64,000 nt of DNA. Source: an uncultured Nitrospiraceae bacterium (lineage in GTDB: Bacteria > Nitrospirota > Thermodesulfovibrionia > Thermodesulfovibrionales > UBA6898). The notes beneath the pieces were generated by a model. That model was not told the origin of the DNA, searched no databases, and worked only from the letters and a program-made list of their open reading frames with translations. Made by a program: the position numbers and the translations under genes. The stretch is taken from positions 736,001 to 800,000 of the forward strand of contig CAWEQH010000010.1 in NCBI GenBank assembly GCA_963811165.1, read 5' to 3'. Shown here in pieces: positions 44,447 through 54,797 of the stretch (positions within the stretch are counted from its first letter, which is position 1; each line of letters begins with the position of its first letter).

Positions 44447-47400
44447 ATGATACGATTTTCAGTGATGAATCGGAACCTATCCCCTCTCAAAATTGTTATA
44501 TATTTTACCGCCTTCAGTTTTTTGTGGATAATCTCTTCTGACGTGCTCGTATCCAAAATAACTAAAGACCCTGAGACATATACCAAACTCAGCATCGTTA
44601 AAGGGTGGCTGTACATGTTGCTGACAGCAGCTTTCTTGTACTGGCTTATCGCTTTGTATTCAAAACAGAGAACCCAGTCTGAAATAGCACTTCGTGAAAA
44701 CGAGCAAAGGTTCCGTGTCTTTTTTGAATCTCACGGTTCTGTCATGATGCTGATTGATCCGGATACGGGAGGTATTGTCGATGCAAACAGGGCAGCAGCA
44801 GATTATTACGGCTTTACCCGGGACACGCTCCGCAACATGGCGATCTCAGACATAAACCTGCTACCTCCCGATGAATTAACGACTCAACGCCGTCATGCTG
44901 CTGTTAACCAGTATAATTTATTCGTAGTCCCCCATCTCGTAGCCGGAGGAGAAATCAGGACGGTCGAGGTTCACACAAGTCCAATAGAAGTAAACCAGAA
45001 AAAGTTATTGTTTTCCATAATCCATGACATCACTGAACGAAAACGGGCAGAGATCGCACTGCGTGAGAGAAAGGAACTCCTGCGCACCGTCGTGGAAAAT
45101 ACGCCTGTGGTTCTGTTCGCGCTGGATGTGAAAGGGGTCTTTACCTTATCTGAAGGCAGAGGTCTTGTAGCTCTTGGCCTGAAGCCGGGAGAGGTCGTCG
45201 GCCAGTCCGTCTTTGACGTATATCGCAACTTACCAGCACTACTCGAAGGAGTCCGCCGAGCATTAGACGGGGAGATATTCAGCTTCGAGGCAAAAGTGGC
45301 GGAACTTGTATTTGAAGTCTCTTACCATCCTGTGAGAAACGACTTGCATGAATTGACCGGGACCATCGGTGTGGCTATTGACATTACCGAGCGCAAGGCG
45401 ACCGAGGAGGAGCTGAAAGAATATCAGACAGACTTGGAGGAAATGGTAGCAAAACGTACGGCGGATCTTGAAAAGACCATTTCGCAATTAGAGAGGGAAG
45501 TAAATGAGAGAAAATGCGCGGAAGACGCTTTGGAAGGAAACCGTAAGCTCCTCCACGATGTTTTTGAGAGCATTCAGGACGGAATCGCCGTGCTTGACAC
45601 CGAACATAACATCATCATGGCGAATAGCGCAGCAGAGAGCCTCTTTGGATGCAGCGATCTAATCGGGGTTAAGGCGAAAAAGTGCTTCGAAGTCTGCCCC
45701 TACTCCACGGAACAATGTGGAAACTGCATGTCGGTCAAAGCGATGGAGGAAAAGACCGTCCAGACCGAGACCATTTCATACAAACTCGAGGGGAGCGATG
45801 CCAGATCTGTCGAAATATTCACATTTCCTTTCTACGGAAGGAGGGGGAAAATAAAGGGCGTTATCCAGTACCTGCGGGACATCACAGACCGCAAGCGGGC
45901 CGAGGAGGCGCTGAAAGAAAGCGAAAAGAGATTCAAAAAGCAGCTGGATAACGCACCGATAGCCATATCAATAGTCAACAGAGACGGCACCGTCGAGTAT
46001 GTCAATAGAAAACATCCTGAAATCATGGGGTACGATCTTCGCGATATCCCGACGTTAGAACATTGGTGGTCCCAGGCATATCCTGATGAAACAGATAGGA
46101 CGAGAATCAAGACGGCCTGGCAGGAGCTCTGCCGGCGGGTTTTTCAGGGAGAGCAGATCACAGGTGTGAATCGGAAGGTTGTCTGCAAAGATGGCACAAT
46201 CAAGGAGTTAGAACTGAGCTTCAGGGCTGCTGCTGCGCCAGACAAGATCATCGTCGCTTTTGGTGATATCACCGAGCGCAAGAGGGCGGAAAAAAAGCTG
46301 CGGGATAGTGAACTTCACTATCGGACCCTTTTTGAAAAAGCCTCTGAGGGGATAATATTTATTGACGGCGACGGGACTATCGTAGCTGTGAACGAATCAT
46401 TTGCTCATATGCACGGCTATAGTTGCGAAAAAATCCTGAACATGCATATCAATGACCTGGAGGCCCGAACAGATTTCAAAAAAGATTCAGAAATAACACG
46501 CAGGCTCCTGACTGGTGAATCTGTATTGGTTGAAGTGGAACACTATCATGCAGATGGTCATACTTTTCCCATGGAGGTGTCAATTACATTTACAGAAATA
46601 AACGACAAGCGATGCTTTCTGTGCTTCCACCGTGACATTACGGACCGCAATAAAGTACAGAGGGAATTGCAGGAGAAAGAGGCAAAGATGAGAGCCATGC
46701 TCGAAAGTTTCGATGGTCTCATTTATATCTGCTCAGTGGATTATCGCGTTGAGTTCATGAACGAAAATCTGATCCAGCGGACCGGAAGAAATGCCGTGGG
46801 CGAACGGTGCTATGCAGTTCTGAATGATCGAGACTCGATCTGCCCATGGTGCGTAAATGACAGGATTTCCAGGGAAGAGATCATTCGGTATGAGATTCAG
46901 AGCCCGAAGGATGGGCGATGGTATCACGTAGTGAACACGCCGATTCACTATGGCGGAGGATCCCTTTCAAAACTGACAATGTTCGTGGACATCACGGAGA
47001 GGAAGAAGGCGGATTTAGCGCTTAAGGAGAGCGAAGAGCTATACAGACGGCTTCTTGCTTCGGTCACAGATTATATTTACGCGGTGAGGGTCGAAGACGG
47101 CCGATCCGTTGCCACAAGGCATGGAGATGGTTGCCTTACGGTTACTGGCTATACACCGGAGGAATACCAGACGGATCCTGACCTATGGGATCACATAGTC
47201 TATTGCGCTGACCGTGATTCGGCTACGCAACAGTGGAGAGCTATAACCTCCGGACAGAAGACGGAGCCTCTTGAGTACCGTATCGTCCACCGTAACGGGT
47301 CAATTCGATGGGTGCGTAATACCGTGGTGCCGCGCTTCGACAAACTCGGGAAACTGATGGCTATTGACGGCCTGATTTCCGACATTACCGAGAAGAAGAT

Positions 47401-48106
47401 GCTTGAAGAGAAGCTCAACCTTGCCCGGAAGCTGGAGGAAGAAAACATGAAAAGATTTCCCAGGGTCTTGATTGAGACGCAGGAGGAAGAACGACTGGCC
47501 ATAGCCCGTGAACTCCACGACGAGATAGGTCAGTCCCTGACAGGATTGAAACTCTATGTCGAAAGCATATCAAACTCCATGCTGCCCGATCATGCAGGCG
47601 ATATGAGAGCCATAGAGTCTTCGTTAGGTGAGATGCTCCACATAGTACGGAACATGTCTCTGAATCTGCGTCCGTCGATGCTCGATGATTTCGGGCTTGT
47701 CAGTACCTTGAAGTGGTATTTCGAGCGGTATAAATTGCAGACAGGCATCTCGGTTAACTTTACCCAGACCGTGGCAAATAAACGCTTCAGTCAGAAGAAA
47801 GAGATTTCAATCTATCGCATAACGCAGGAAGCATTGACAAACGCAGCACGCCATGCAGATGTGAAGTGCATCCTCGTGGAACTCATCATTGCACAGGGCA
47901 GGATCACACTCAGTATAACGGACAAAGGCCGGGGATTCGACATTGAGAACACGGGTTATTGCGGTTCCGGGCTGTCGATAATGAGGGAGCGTGCTATACT
48001 TCTCAAGGGAACTTTTTCTCTCAGTTCCTCTCCGGGAAAAGGGACAGAGATTATCGTGACAATTCCACTTCATGATAGGGAAGATGAAAGGGAGGCGGTA
48101 TTATGA
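44447..48106 (+). CDS. Membrane-anchored multi-PAS histidine kinase, NarX/UhpB (HisKA_3) type
   Basis: Two N-terminal TM segments, repeated DITERK linkers, EEERLAIARELHDEIGQ, QEALTNAARHA, GSGLSIMRERA. Confidence 0.93.
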   Translation: MIRFSVMNRNLSPLKIVIYFTAFSFLWIISSDVLVSKITKDPETYTKLSIVKGWLYMLLTAAFLYWLIALYSKQRTQSEIALRENEQRFRVFFESHGSVMMLIDPDTGGIVDANRAAADYYGFTRDTLRNMAISDINLLPPDELTTQRRHAAVNQYNLFVVPHLVAGGEIRTVEVHTSPIEVNQKKLLFSIIHDITERKRAEIALRERKELLRTVVENTPVVLFALDVKGVFTLSEGRGLVALGLKPGEVVGQSVFDVYRNLPALLEGVRRALDGEIFSFEAKVAELVFEVSYHPVRNDLHELTGTIGVAIDITERKATEEELKEYQTDLEEMVAKRTADLEKTISQLEREVNERKCAEDALEGNRKLLHDVFESIQDGIAVLDTEHNIIMANSAAESLFGCSDLIGVKAKKCFEVCPYSTEQCGNCMSVKAMEEKTVQTETISYKLEGSDARSVEIFTFPFYGRRGKIKGVIQYLRDITDRKRAEEALKESEKRFKKQLDNAPIAISIVNRDGTVEYVNRKHPEIMGYDLRDIPTLEHWWSQAYPDETDRTRIKTAWQELCRRVFQGEQITGVNRKVVCKDGTIKELELSFRAAAAPDKIIVAFGDITERKRAEKKLRDSELHYRTLFEKASEGIIFIDGDGTIVAVNESFAHMHGYSCEKILNMHINDLEARTDFKKDSEITRRLLTGESVLVEVEHYHADGHTFPMEVSITFTEINDKRCFLCFHRDITDRNKVQRELQEKEAKMRAMLESFDGLIYICSVDYRVEFMNENLIQRTGRNAVGERCYAVLNDRDSICPWCVNDRISREEIIRYEIQSPKDGRWYHVVNTPIHYGGGSLSKLTMFVDITERKKADLALKESEELYRRLLASVTDYIYAVRVEDGRSVATRHGDGCLTVTGYTPEEYQTDPDLWDHIVYCADRDSATQQWRAITSGQKTEPLEYRIVHRNGSIRWVRNTVVPRFDKLGKLMAIDGLISDITEKKMLEEKLNLARKLEEENMKRFPRVLIETQEEERLAIARELHDEIGQSLTGLKLYVESISNSMLPDHAGDMRAIESSLGEMLHIVRNMSLNLRPSMLDDFGLVSTLKWYFERYKLQTGISVNFTQTVANKRFSQKKEISIYRITQEALTNAARHADVKCILVELIIAQGRITLSITDKGRGFDIENTGYCGSGLSIMRERAILLKGTFSLSSSPGKGTEIIVTIPLHDREDEREAVL

Positions 48107-48750
48107 TAGATATATTTCTCACTGACGACCATGAGATGGTAAGGCAGGGAATAAGTGCCCTGATCGAGAAGGCATCGGACATCCGCGTGATAGGTGAAGC
48201 GGGAAGTGGAAAAGAGACGCTGTCGAAGCTGACCACTTTAAAGCCTGATCTGCTGCTTCTTGACCTTATGCTGCCGGACATGAGCGGTTTGGAGGTTCTC
48301 GAAAATGCAAAAAAGGCGCTCCCGGGGTTGCGCATAATAATTCTCTCCATGTATGACAACAAAGTCCACCTGCGCGAATCCCTGCAACGGGGCGCTAATG
48401 GCTATGTCATAAAAGGCAGTTCGGGCACTGAGTTGCTGAGGGCGATTCGTAGTGTGATGGAGGGCCGCCGTTATGTGAGTTACTCACTCTCTGAATATCT
48501 TATGGAAAACATGGCGGCAAAGCACTCGAGAAACCATACGGACAGCTCCGGTAACCTCACTTCCCGCGAAGAACAGGTGCTTTATCTTACTGCGGAAGGC
48601 CTCAGCAGTTCGGAAATAGCCAGGAGACTGGGGATAAGCTCCCGTACTGTCGAGTCCCATCGCAACAATCTCATGAAAAAACTCGATCTCCACAACAAGA
48701 CGGAATTGATACGTTTTTCAATTAAGCATGGTGTATCAGATAAGGCATAA
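48103..48750 (+). CDS. NarL/FixJ family response regulator
   Basis: DDHEMVRQG, LDLMLP, LTSREEQVL, IS.RTVESHR.NLMKKL. Confidence 0.95.
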   Translation: MIDIFLTDDHEMVRQGISALIEKASDIRVIGEAGSGKETLSKLTTLKPDLLLLDLMLPDMSGLEVLENAKKALPGLRIIILSMYDNKVHLRESLQRGANGYVIKGSSGTELLRAIRSVMEGRRYVSYSLSEYLMENMAAKHSRNHTDSSGNLTSREEQVLYLTAEGLSSSEIARRLGISSRTVESHRNNLMKKLDLHNKTELIRFSIKHGVSDKA

Positions 48751-48808
48751 CGCACCGTGACATCGACGTACCCCTCTATATTTTTTGAATAACCCTTCCC
48801 GCTAGCAG

Positions 48809-48854
48809 TCTACGTATATTTACGAGTGTTCTACGTAATTTTACGAATTATAAT
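48809..48854 (+). promoter_or_regulatory. Tandem operator repeat plus -10 box upstream of the che operon
   Basis: TCTACGTATATTTACGA (48809) and TCTACGTAATTTTACGA (48830), 21 bp apart; TATAAT at 48849. Confidence 0.65.
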
Positions 48855-48913
48855 GCCTGGATCATTCTTCTAAGATGAAACCAGAGTATCTGATTTTTGA
48901 GGGGGTGAGCGTC

Positions 48914-49375
48914 ATGAGATTCGATTATATCAGCTCTTTTGTGGATTCGGCTGAAAATGTGATGGAAGGCATCATATCGTCTGGCATCAGACGAGGAGAG
49001 ATTACCCTGGAGGATTCTCTTTTCGCCCGGGGTATTTCCGCAACGATATTCCTCGTCGGTAGCGTGGATGGCCGCGTGGTCCTGGATCTGGAGCCCTCGG
49101 TAGCAAAAAAAATCGCAGGGTCGATGAATAATGTAGAGTTCGACCGCGTTGATCATCTTGTCCTGGATACAATATGCGAACTGACAAACATCATTATCGG
49201 GAAGGCCGTGACGGCCCTCAACAACAAGGGATTCCGATTCAGGCCTTCTCCACCGTGTTTTTTTATCGGAGAAAAGGTCTACTTCGGTCTTGAGGCCCTG
49301 TCCATCTCACTTTCCACAGAATGGGGAGAGTTGTACATAAAGGCGGCGATCAAGGAACGAACGGGGTTCAATTAG
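48914..49375 (+). CDS. cheX: CheX-like chemotaxis phosphatase
   Basis: LVGSVDGRVV, ICELTNIIIGKA (E-x-x-N), SPP. Confidence 0.85.
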   Translation: MRFDYISSFVDSAENVMEGIISSGIRRGEITLEDSLFARGISATIFLVGSVDGRVVLDLEPSVAKKIAGSMNNVEFDRVDHLVLDTICELTNIIIGKAVTALNNKGFRFRPSPPCFFIGEKVYFGLEALSISLSTEWGELYIKAAIKERTGFN

Positions 49376-49433
49376 TAATGGGTAGATTTGTTGAAAAAAG
49401 TCAAGGGCGATCCTAACCTGGAAGGAGGCAAGT

Positions 49434-49898
49434 ATGCTGAAAAAAAATCAGATTGTCAGATTCATGGTAGGAAAAGAATCTTTCGGAGTTGATATCGGAA
49501 GAGTACAGGAGATTGTAACGGTCCCTGAGATAACGAGGGTGCCGGATACTCCGGATTTTGTTGAAGGGATAATCAATCTCAGGGGAAAGATCGTATCTGT
49601 TGTAGATCTCAGGAAAAGGCTGAAGTTCAACTGCACCGGGACAGATAAGAAAAACAGGATCCTCGTTACCGAGATCGAGGGTAAAGTGGTGGGGCTTATT
49701 GTAGACGAAGTGTCTGAGGTGTTGAGGCTGAATCCGGATAATATTGAACCACCTCCGGAACTGGTCAATTCTGTCGGCGCCGAATATATAACGGGTGTCG
49801 GGAAGCTTGTTGACGGGATAATCCTTCTGCTCGATCTTGGTAAAGTGCTCGACCTGGAGGAGATTGCTAAGATTAAAGTCGTTCCGGAGGCCGCATAG
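49434..49898 (+). CDS. cheW: Chemotaxis coupling protein CheW
   Basis: VQEI, GIINLRGKIVSVVDL, GLIVDEV. Confidence 0.96.
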   Translation: MLKKNQIVRFMVGKESFGVDIGRVQEIVTVPEITRVPDTPDFVEGIINLRGKIVSVVDLRKRLKFNCTGTDKKNRILVTEIEGKVVGLIVDEVSEVLRLNPDNIEPPPELVNSVGAEYITGVGKLVDGIILLLDLGKVLDLEEIAKIKVVPEAA

Positions 49899-50048
49899 GA
49901 TTTTTTGCCGGAAGGAGGATTATTTATGAATATACGAATAAGAAGGGAGCTGCCGCGTTGTCGGGCTTCTTAATGATTGTGAATAAAATGGAGCAGCTGT
50001 AAAGATGGCATGTAATCACCATATTATCAAACCATAGAGGAGGTTGAA

Positions 50049-52292
50049 ATGTTTGAGTTCCTAAAAAAGGATTTAATTGCAAGTAATGAACAATTACAAA
50101 AACGCGTCATGGAACTGGAAGAAGACCTGAATAAGGTAAATCAAAGTAACACTCGATGTGAAGGTATCATTGAGGCTATTGCTGCTCCAATGATTGTTGT
50201 TGACAGAGATCTTTTGATTACCTACGTCAATGAAGCTGCATTAACGGCAATGGGTTACAGACGTGAAGAAGTAGTGGGAAAGATGACCTGTGACCGGTTC
50301 CAAAAGACGCTTATTTGTGGCACAGAAAAATGCACCCTCAAAAAATGTATGCGGACCGGCGAGATAATAATAGGCGAAACAATGGCAGAGACAAAGAATG
50401 GGAAAAAAATACCTATACAGGCAGCCTGTTCAGCCCTTTATGATAAAGATGGTAATGCTTGCGGCGGTATAGAGGTAATAAGCGACCAGACAGATCTTGT
50501 TGGTGCAAAGTGGGAGACAGATAACATCCTTAAATCCATTGCTGCGCCTATGGTTGTTGCAGACAAGGATTTGAAGATTACCTCTGTTAATGATGCTGCA
50601 TTAGTGGTAATGGGCTACAGACGTGAAGAAGTAGTGGGAAAGATGACCTGTGCCCAGTTCCAAAAGACCTTACTCTGTGGTACTGCTAATTGTACTCTTA
50701 AAAAGTGTATGAGCACTGGTGAAGTGGTCATAGGTGAAACTATCGCAGAGACCAGGGGCGGGAATAAATTTCCCATACAGGCGTCATGTTCAGCACTTTT
50801 TGATAAGGATGGCAATGTTCGTGGAGGTATGGAAGTAATCATAGATATATCTGAAGTCAAACATCTCCAGAAAGAGGCCATTGAACAGAGGGAATATCTT
50901 GAGAGACAGGTAGCAATGCTGGTCGAAAAGTTAGAGGCTCTAAGCCTCGGAGATCTCACGGTCAATTTTGTTGCTGAACACAAAGACGAAATCGGAAAAA
51001 TCATAGACAGTTTGAATAAAGTTGTTCTTAGTATCAGAGAGATGGCTAATACCGCGGATGAGATTGCGGAAGGAGACCTGAGGGGGAATGTGACACCGAA
51101 GTCCGACAAGGACATTCTCGGCAACGCCTTCAAAAAGATGGTCGCCGGCCTGAGGGACATAGTCGGCGAGATAAAGATCGGTTCTGAGCAGATAACCGCT
51201 GCCTCGACCCAGATAGCGTCAACCGCCGAGCAGGCATCCAGAAACAATGAGTCGGCAGCCTCTGCAGTAGAGGAGACCACATCAACGATGCACGAGATGT
51301 CCGCAAATATTGGGAATGTGGCAAAAAATACCCAGAGTCAGGCGTCGTCAGTCACAGAGACTTCTGCATCTATCGAGCAGATGGCCGCCTCGACACAGAG
51401 AATAGCGGCTACTGCAAAGCAGCTCGTTGAATTGTCGCAGCAGGCAAAGAAGGCCGTTGAACTTGGACTGGAGTCTGTTGAAAACTCCGTAAAAGGAACG
51501 GACGAGATCAGCAAGGCAATAACCCGTTCAGCGGACAGCATCGGGGCCCTTGGCTCAAGGGCTGAAAATATAGGCAAGATCGTTGATGTCATCGACGATA
51601 TCGCCGAACAGACAAACCTCCTTGCCCTTAATGCCGCGATAGAGGCTGCAAGGGCCGGGGAGCAGGGTCTCGGCTTTGCCGTTGTCGCCGAAGAGGTCAG
51701 AAAGCTTGCGGAGCGTTCGGCGAAGTCAACGAAAGAGATTGCAGAGCTCATAACCGGCATTCAGAAAGAGACACAGGAAGCGGTAAAGTTTATGGACAAA
51801 TCCATCCAAATAGTGGAAAAGGGCGTTGATCTGAGCAAACAGGTAGGCAATTCCCTCAAGAACATAGAAGGCAATGTGGTGGAGGTAGACCGGTACTCAA
51901 GAGAGATAGGCGCTGCAACGCAGGAACAGTCCAGCGGCAGCACGCAGATCGCAAAGGCAGCGGAAAACCTGAGAGAGGTGACCCATGAAATAACGTCCGC
52001 GACCGAGGAGCAGGCTTCAGCCGCCGAGCAGATCGTAAAAACAATGGAGAAGATGAGGGATATGATACACCAGAATGCCTCGGGCACTACAGAGCTTGCC
52101 TCATCAGCCGAACAGTTGAATTCCCAGGCCGAGAGGTTTCAGCAGGTGGTGGGCAAGTTCATGCTTAATGGGTCTGAAAGAGTATCAGTGGCGCGGCCGG
52201 ACTTGCATAAAAAAGAAAGAAGCGCTAAGCAGGATGATGGGAACGGTGATCGCAAGGCGAAATTCGGGCGTGAAACAGTGGCTGTAAGGTGA
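50049..52292 (+). CDS. Cytoplasmic MCP with two tandem Cys-rich PAS domains
   Basis: No TM segment; duplicated 120-aa PAS; IAEQTNLLALNAAIEAARAGEQGLGFAVVAEEVRKLAERS. Confidence 0.94.
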   Translation: MFEFLKKDLIASNEQLQKRVMELEEDLNKVNQSNTRCEGIIEAIAAPMIVVDRDLLITYVNEAALTAMGYRREEVVGKMTCDRFQKTLICGTEKCTLKKCMRTGEIIIGETMAETKNGKKIPIQAACSALYDKDGNACGGIEVISDQTDLVGAKWETDNILKSIAAPMVVADKDLKITSVNDAALVVMGYRREEVVGKMTCAQFQKTLLCGTANCTLKKCMSTGEVVIGETIAETRGGNKFPIQASCSALFDKDGNVRGGMEVIIDISEVKHLQKEAIEQREYLERQVAMLVEKLEALSLGDLTVNFVAEHKDEIGKIIDSLNKVVLSIREMANTADEIAEGDLRGNVTPKSDKDILGNAFKKMVAGLRDIVGEIKIGSEQITAASTQIASTAEQASRNNESAASAVEETTSTMHEMSANIGNVAKNTQSQASSVTETSASIEQMAASTQRIAATAKQLVELSQQAKKAVELGLESVENSVKGTDEISKAITRSADSIGALGSRAENIGKIVDVIDDIAEQTNLLALNAAIEAARAGEQGLGFAVVAEEVRKLAERSAKSTKEIAELITGIQKETQEAVKFMDKSIQIVEKGVDLSKQVGNSLKNIEGNVVEVDRYSREIGAATQEQSSGSTQIAKAAENLREVTHEITSATEEQASAAEQIVKTMEKMRDMIHQNASGTTELASSAEQLNSQAERFQQVVGKFMLNGSERVSVARPDLHKKERSAKQDDGNGDRKAKFGRETVAVR

Positions 52293-53146
52293 TTGAGGAA
52301 TTAAGAGGCTCCTATATGACGGACGATGAATTCAAAATCTTTAGGGGACTTATCCACAAGAAATGCGGGATATACCTGAACGATAGCAAAAAGGAATTTC
52401 TCAGGACGAGGGTGGAAAAGAAGCTGAAGGCTCTGAATATCGGGAGTTTCTTTCAATACTATAAGCATATAACCGATAAGGACCATATCGAGTTATGGAG
52501 TTTTATCGATTCCGTCACCATAAACGAGACCTATTTTTTCAGGAACCTGCCGCAGTTCGATATGTTCAGGGAGAAGGTGTTACCTGAGTTAACCGAAAGA
52601 AAACGCAGACTCCGTGATTATAGCCTCACCATCTGGAGCGCCGGCTGCGCGACAGGCGAAGAGCCATATTCAATCGCCATAGAGGTCGCCCAAGCGATAC
52701 CGGACGCTGCGCTCTGGAATGTCAGAATCGTTGCATCCGACATATCCTTACGGTGTCTGGATATCGCGAGCAAGGGGAGGTATTTGCCGGACAAACTGAG
52801 AGACGTGCCCGAAGGATACATGGCGAAATGTTTCAGACAGGCCGGTGAGCACTATGAAGTAAAAGACGGCATCAAGAGACTCGTCATGTTCGACTACCAC
52901 AACCTGATCCACGAGAACGGCCTGGCCAACATCGATATCATATTCTGCAGGAACGTTATGATATATTTTGAAGTTGAAGAACAGAAACAGGTCGTTGCGA
53001 GGTTCGCCAGAGCTTTGAATCCGGAAGGATATCTTTTTCTTGGGCATGCCGAAACGCTTCAGGGCATCACATCGAACGGGGATTTCAAGTTCCACTTCTG
53101 GAACAAGGGCACCGTTTACCAAAAGGTGGGTGACACGCATGAGTGA
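52289..53146 (+). CDS. cheR: Chemotaxis methyltransferase CheR
   Basis: TINETYFFR, IWSAGCATGEEPYS, IFCRNVMIYF, LFLGHAE. Confidence 0.96.
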   Translation: MIEELRGSYMTDDEFKIFRGLIHKKCGIYLNDSKKEFLRTRVEKKLKALNIGSFFQYYKHITDKDHIELWSFIDSVTINETYFFRNLPQFDMFREKVLPELTERKRRLRDYSLTIWSAGCATGEEPYSIAIEVAQAIPDAALWNVRIVASDISLRCLDIASKGRYLPDKLRDVPEGYMAKCFRQAGEHYEVKDGIKRLVMFDYHNLIHENGLANIDIIFCRNVMIYFEVEEQKQVVARFARALNPEGYLFLGHAETLQGITSNGDFKFHFWNKGTVYQKVGDTHE

Positions 53147-54797
53147 GATAATACTAACCGACTCGGATATGGCCGAATTGAGAGAGGCCTTTTTTCAGCA
53201 GGCAGGGGAGATACTCGATAACCTCAACGGTTATATTATGGCGATCGAGACGAAGCCTGACGAAGACAACTGGAAACCTCTCAAGAGAGCCTTTCATACT
53301 CTTAAAGGGGACTCAAAGGCGATGGGCTTTAACAGTCTCGGCACTTTTGCGCATAAGGTGGAGGACCTGATCGCAGTCTTAAAGGACAGGGAACCCGAAA
53401 AGGGATCCTTCGACCTCCTTCTCAGCTGCGCCGACGCTTTCGGAACTTTTATCGACACAATCGCCGGAGGCAACGAACCGGACATATCGGACATTGTGTC
53501 AAAGATAGATTCACATATACGCGCTCGGGGAACGTGCGCCGGAAAGGCTGAAAAGTCGGTCAGCTTAAAAAATGTGGACAGGGGAGCAGCATTATTAAAA
53601 ATAGAACCCGAACGCGTTGACAAGATAATGAACCTTGTAGGGGAACTGGTCATTGGACGTTCCATGCTGTCGCAGACAACCTCCGAGATCGACACACTTC
53701 GAAGGGAAACCATTGCAGCGCGCCTGTACAACCTTAATTCATCCTTTGAACGTACGCTTTCCGAACTGCAGAAGTCCGTCATGAAAGTGCGGATGCTGCC
53801 GGTCGAAGTTGTTTTCAGGCGCTTCCCCCGAATTGTGAGAGATCTGTCGGCTGAAAAAAGCAAGCGTGTTAGATTAATGACGGAAGGAGAAACTACGGAA
53901 CTCGACAAAAGCATTGTCGATATTATTGGCGAGCCGCTTATGCATATCGTCAGAAACGCTGTCGATCACGGCATAGAGACTCTTGAAGAAAGGGAGTCGG
54001 CCGGAAAACCGCAAGAGGGCCTCATCTGTTTAAAGGCATTCCACCAGGGCAACCAGATCGTTATCGAGGTAAAAGACGACGGTCGCGGGATAGACATAGA
54101 CCTGTTGAAGCAAAGGGCAGTTCAGAAAAATCTCATCAGTGAAGACGATGCAAGCAAAATGGACATCCAGGACGCAATAAATCTTATCTTTCACTCAGGG
54201 CTCTCTACCGTTGCGTGTATCACCGAGATTTCTGGCAGAGGAGTCGGCATGAATATAGTGAAGGACGTTGTCGAATCTCTTCGCGGGGTGATAGAGATTG
54301 CTTCAGAAAAAGGAAGCGGAACAAAATTCACAGTTCGCTTGCCGCTTACTCTTGCAATTATAAAGTCCATTCTTTTTGTTTACAAAGGCAAGAGTTTTGC
54401 CATTCCCCTGACGTCCGTAACAGAGATAAAACGGGTATTCCCTAAAGATCTGGACACGATGGGTGGCAAGCACGTGTTCAGGCACAGAAACAGTATAGTC
54501 CCCTTGATCTCCATAGATGGAGAAGTGATTTGCAGCGAGAAGTCCTTCATAATATTTATCAGTGTCGGTCACATGAGGGCAGGCATTATTGCAGAAAAAA
54601 TAATCGGAGAAGAGGAACTGGTGATCAAGGCCCTTGACGAAAGGGTTTCAACCGGTATTGCATCAGGAGCTTCCATCCTCGGTAACGGCAGTGTGGTATT
54701 GATACTCGATCCCCTTTCTTTGATCAGAAAATACCTGTCCCGGCAGGAAGATGTCACAACAAATAAAGAGGCCTTTTATGTGCCCGGCAGTAGATAG
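53139..54797 (+). CDS. cheA: Chemotaxis histidine kinase CheA (compact)
   Basis: RAFHTLKG, MNLVGELV, RNAVDHGIE, DDGRGI, SGRGVGM, LPLTLAI; likely start MSEIIL. Confidence 0.96.
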   Translation: MSEIILTDSDMAELREAFFQQAGEILDNLNGYIMAIETKPDEDNWKPLKRAFHTLKGDSKAMGFNSLGTFAHKVEDLIAVLKDREPEKGSFDLLLSCADAFGTFIDTIAGGNEPDISDIVSKIDSHIRARGTCAGKAEKSVSLKNVDRGAALLKIEPERVDKIMNLVGELVIGRSMLSQTTSEIDTLRRETIAARLYNLNSSFERTLSELQKSVMKVRMLPVEVVFRRFPRIVRDLSAEKSKRVRLMTEGETTELDKSIVDIIGEPLMHIVRNAVDHGIETLEERESAGKPQEGLICLKAFHQGNQIVIEVKDDGRGIDIDLLKQRAVQKNLISEDDASKMDIQDAINLIFHSGLSTVACITEISGRGVGMNIVKDVVESLRGVIEIASEKGSGTKFTVRLPLTLAIIKSILFVYKGKSFAIPLTSVTEIKRVFPKDLDTMGGKHVFRHRNSIVPLISIDGEVICSEKSFIIFISVGHMRAGIIAEKIIGEEELVIKALDERVSTGIASGASILGNGSVVLILDPLSLIRKYLSRQEDVTTNKEAFYVPGSR

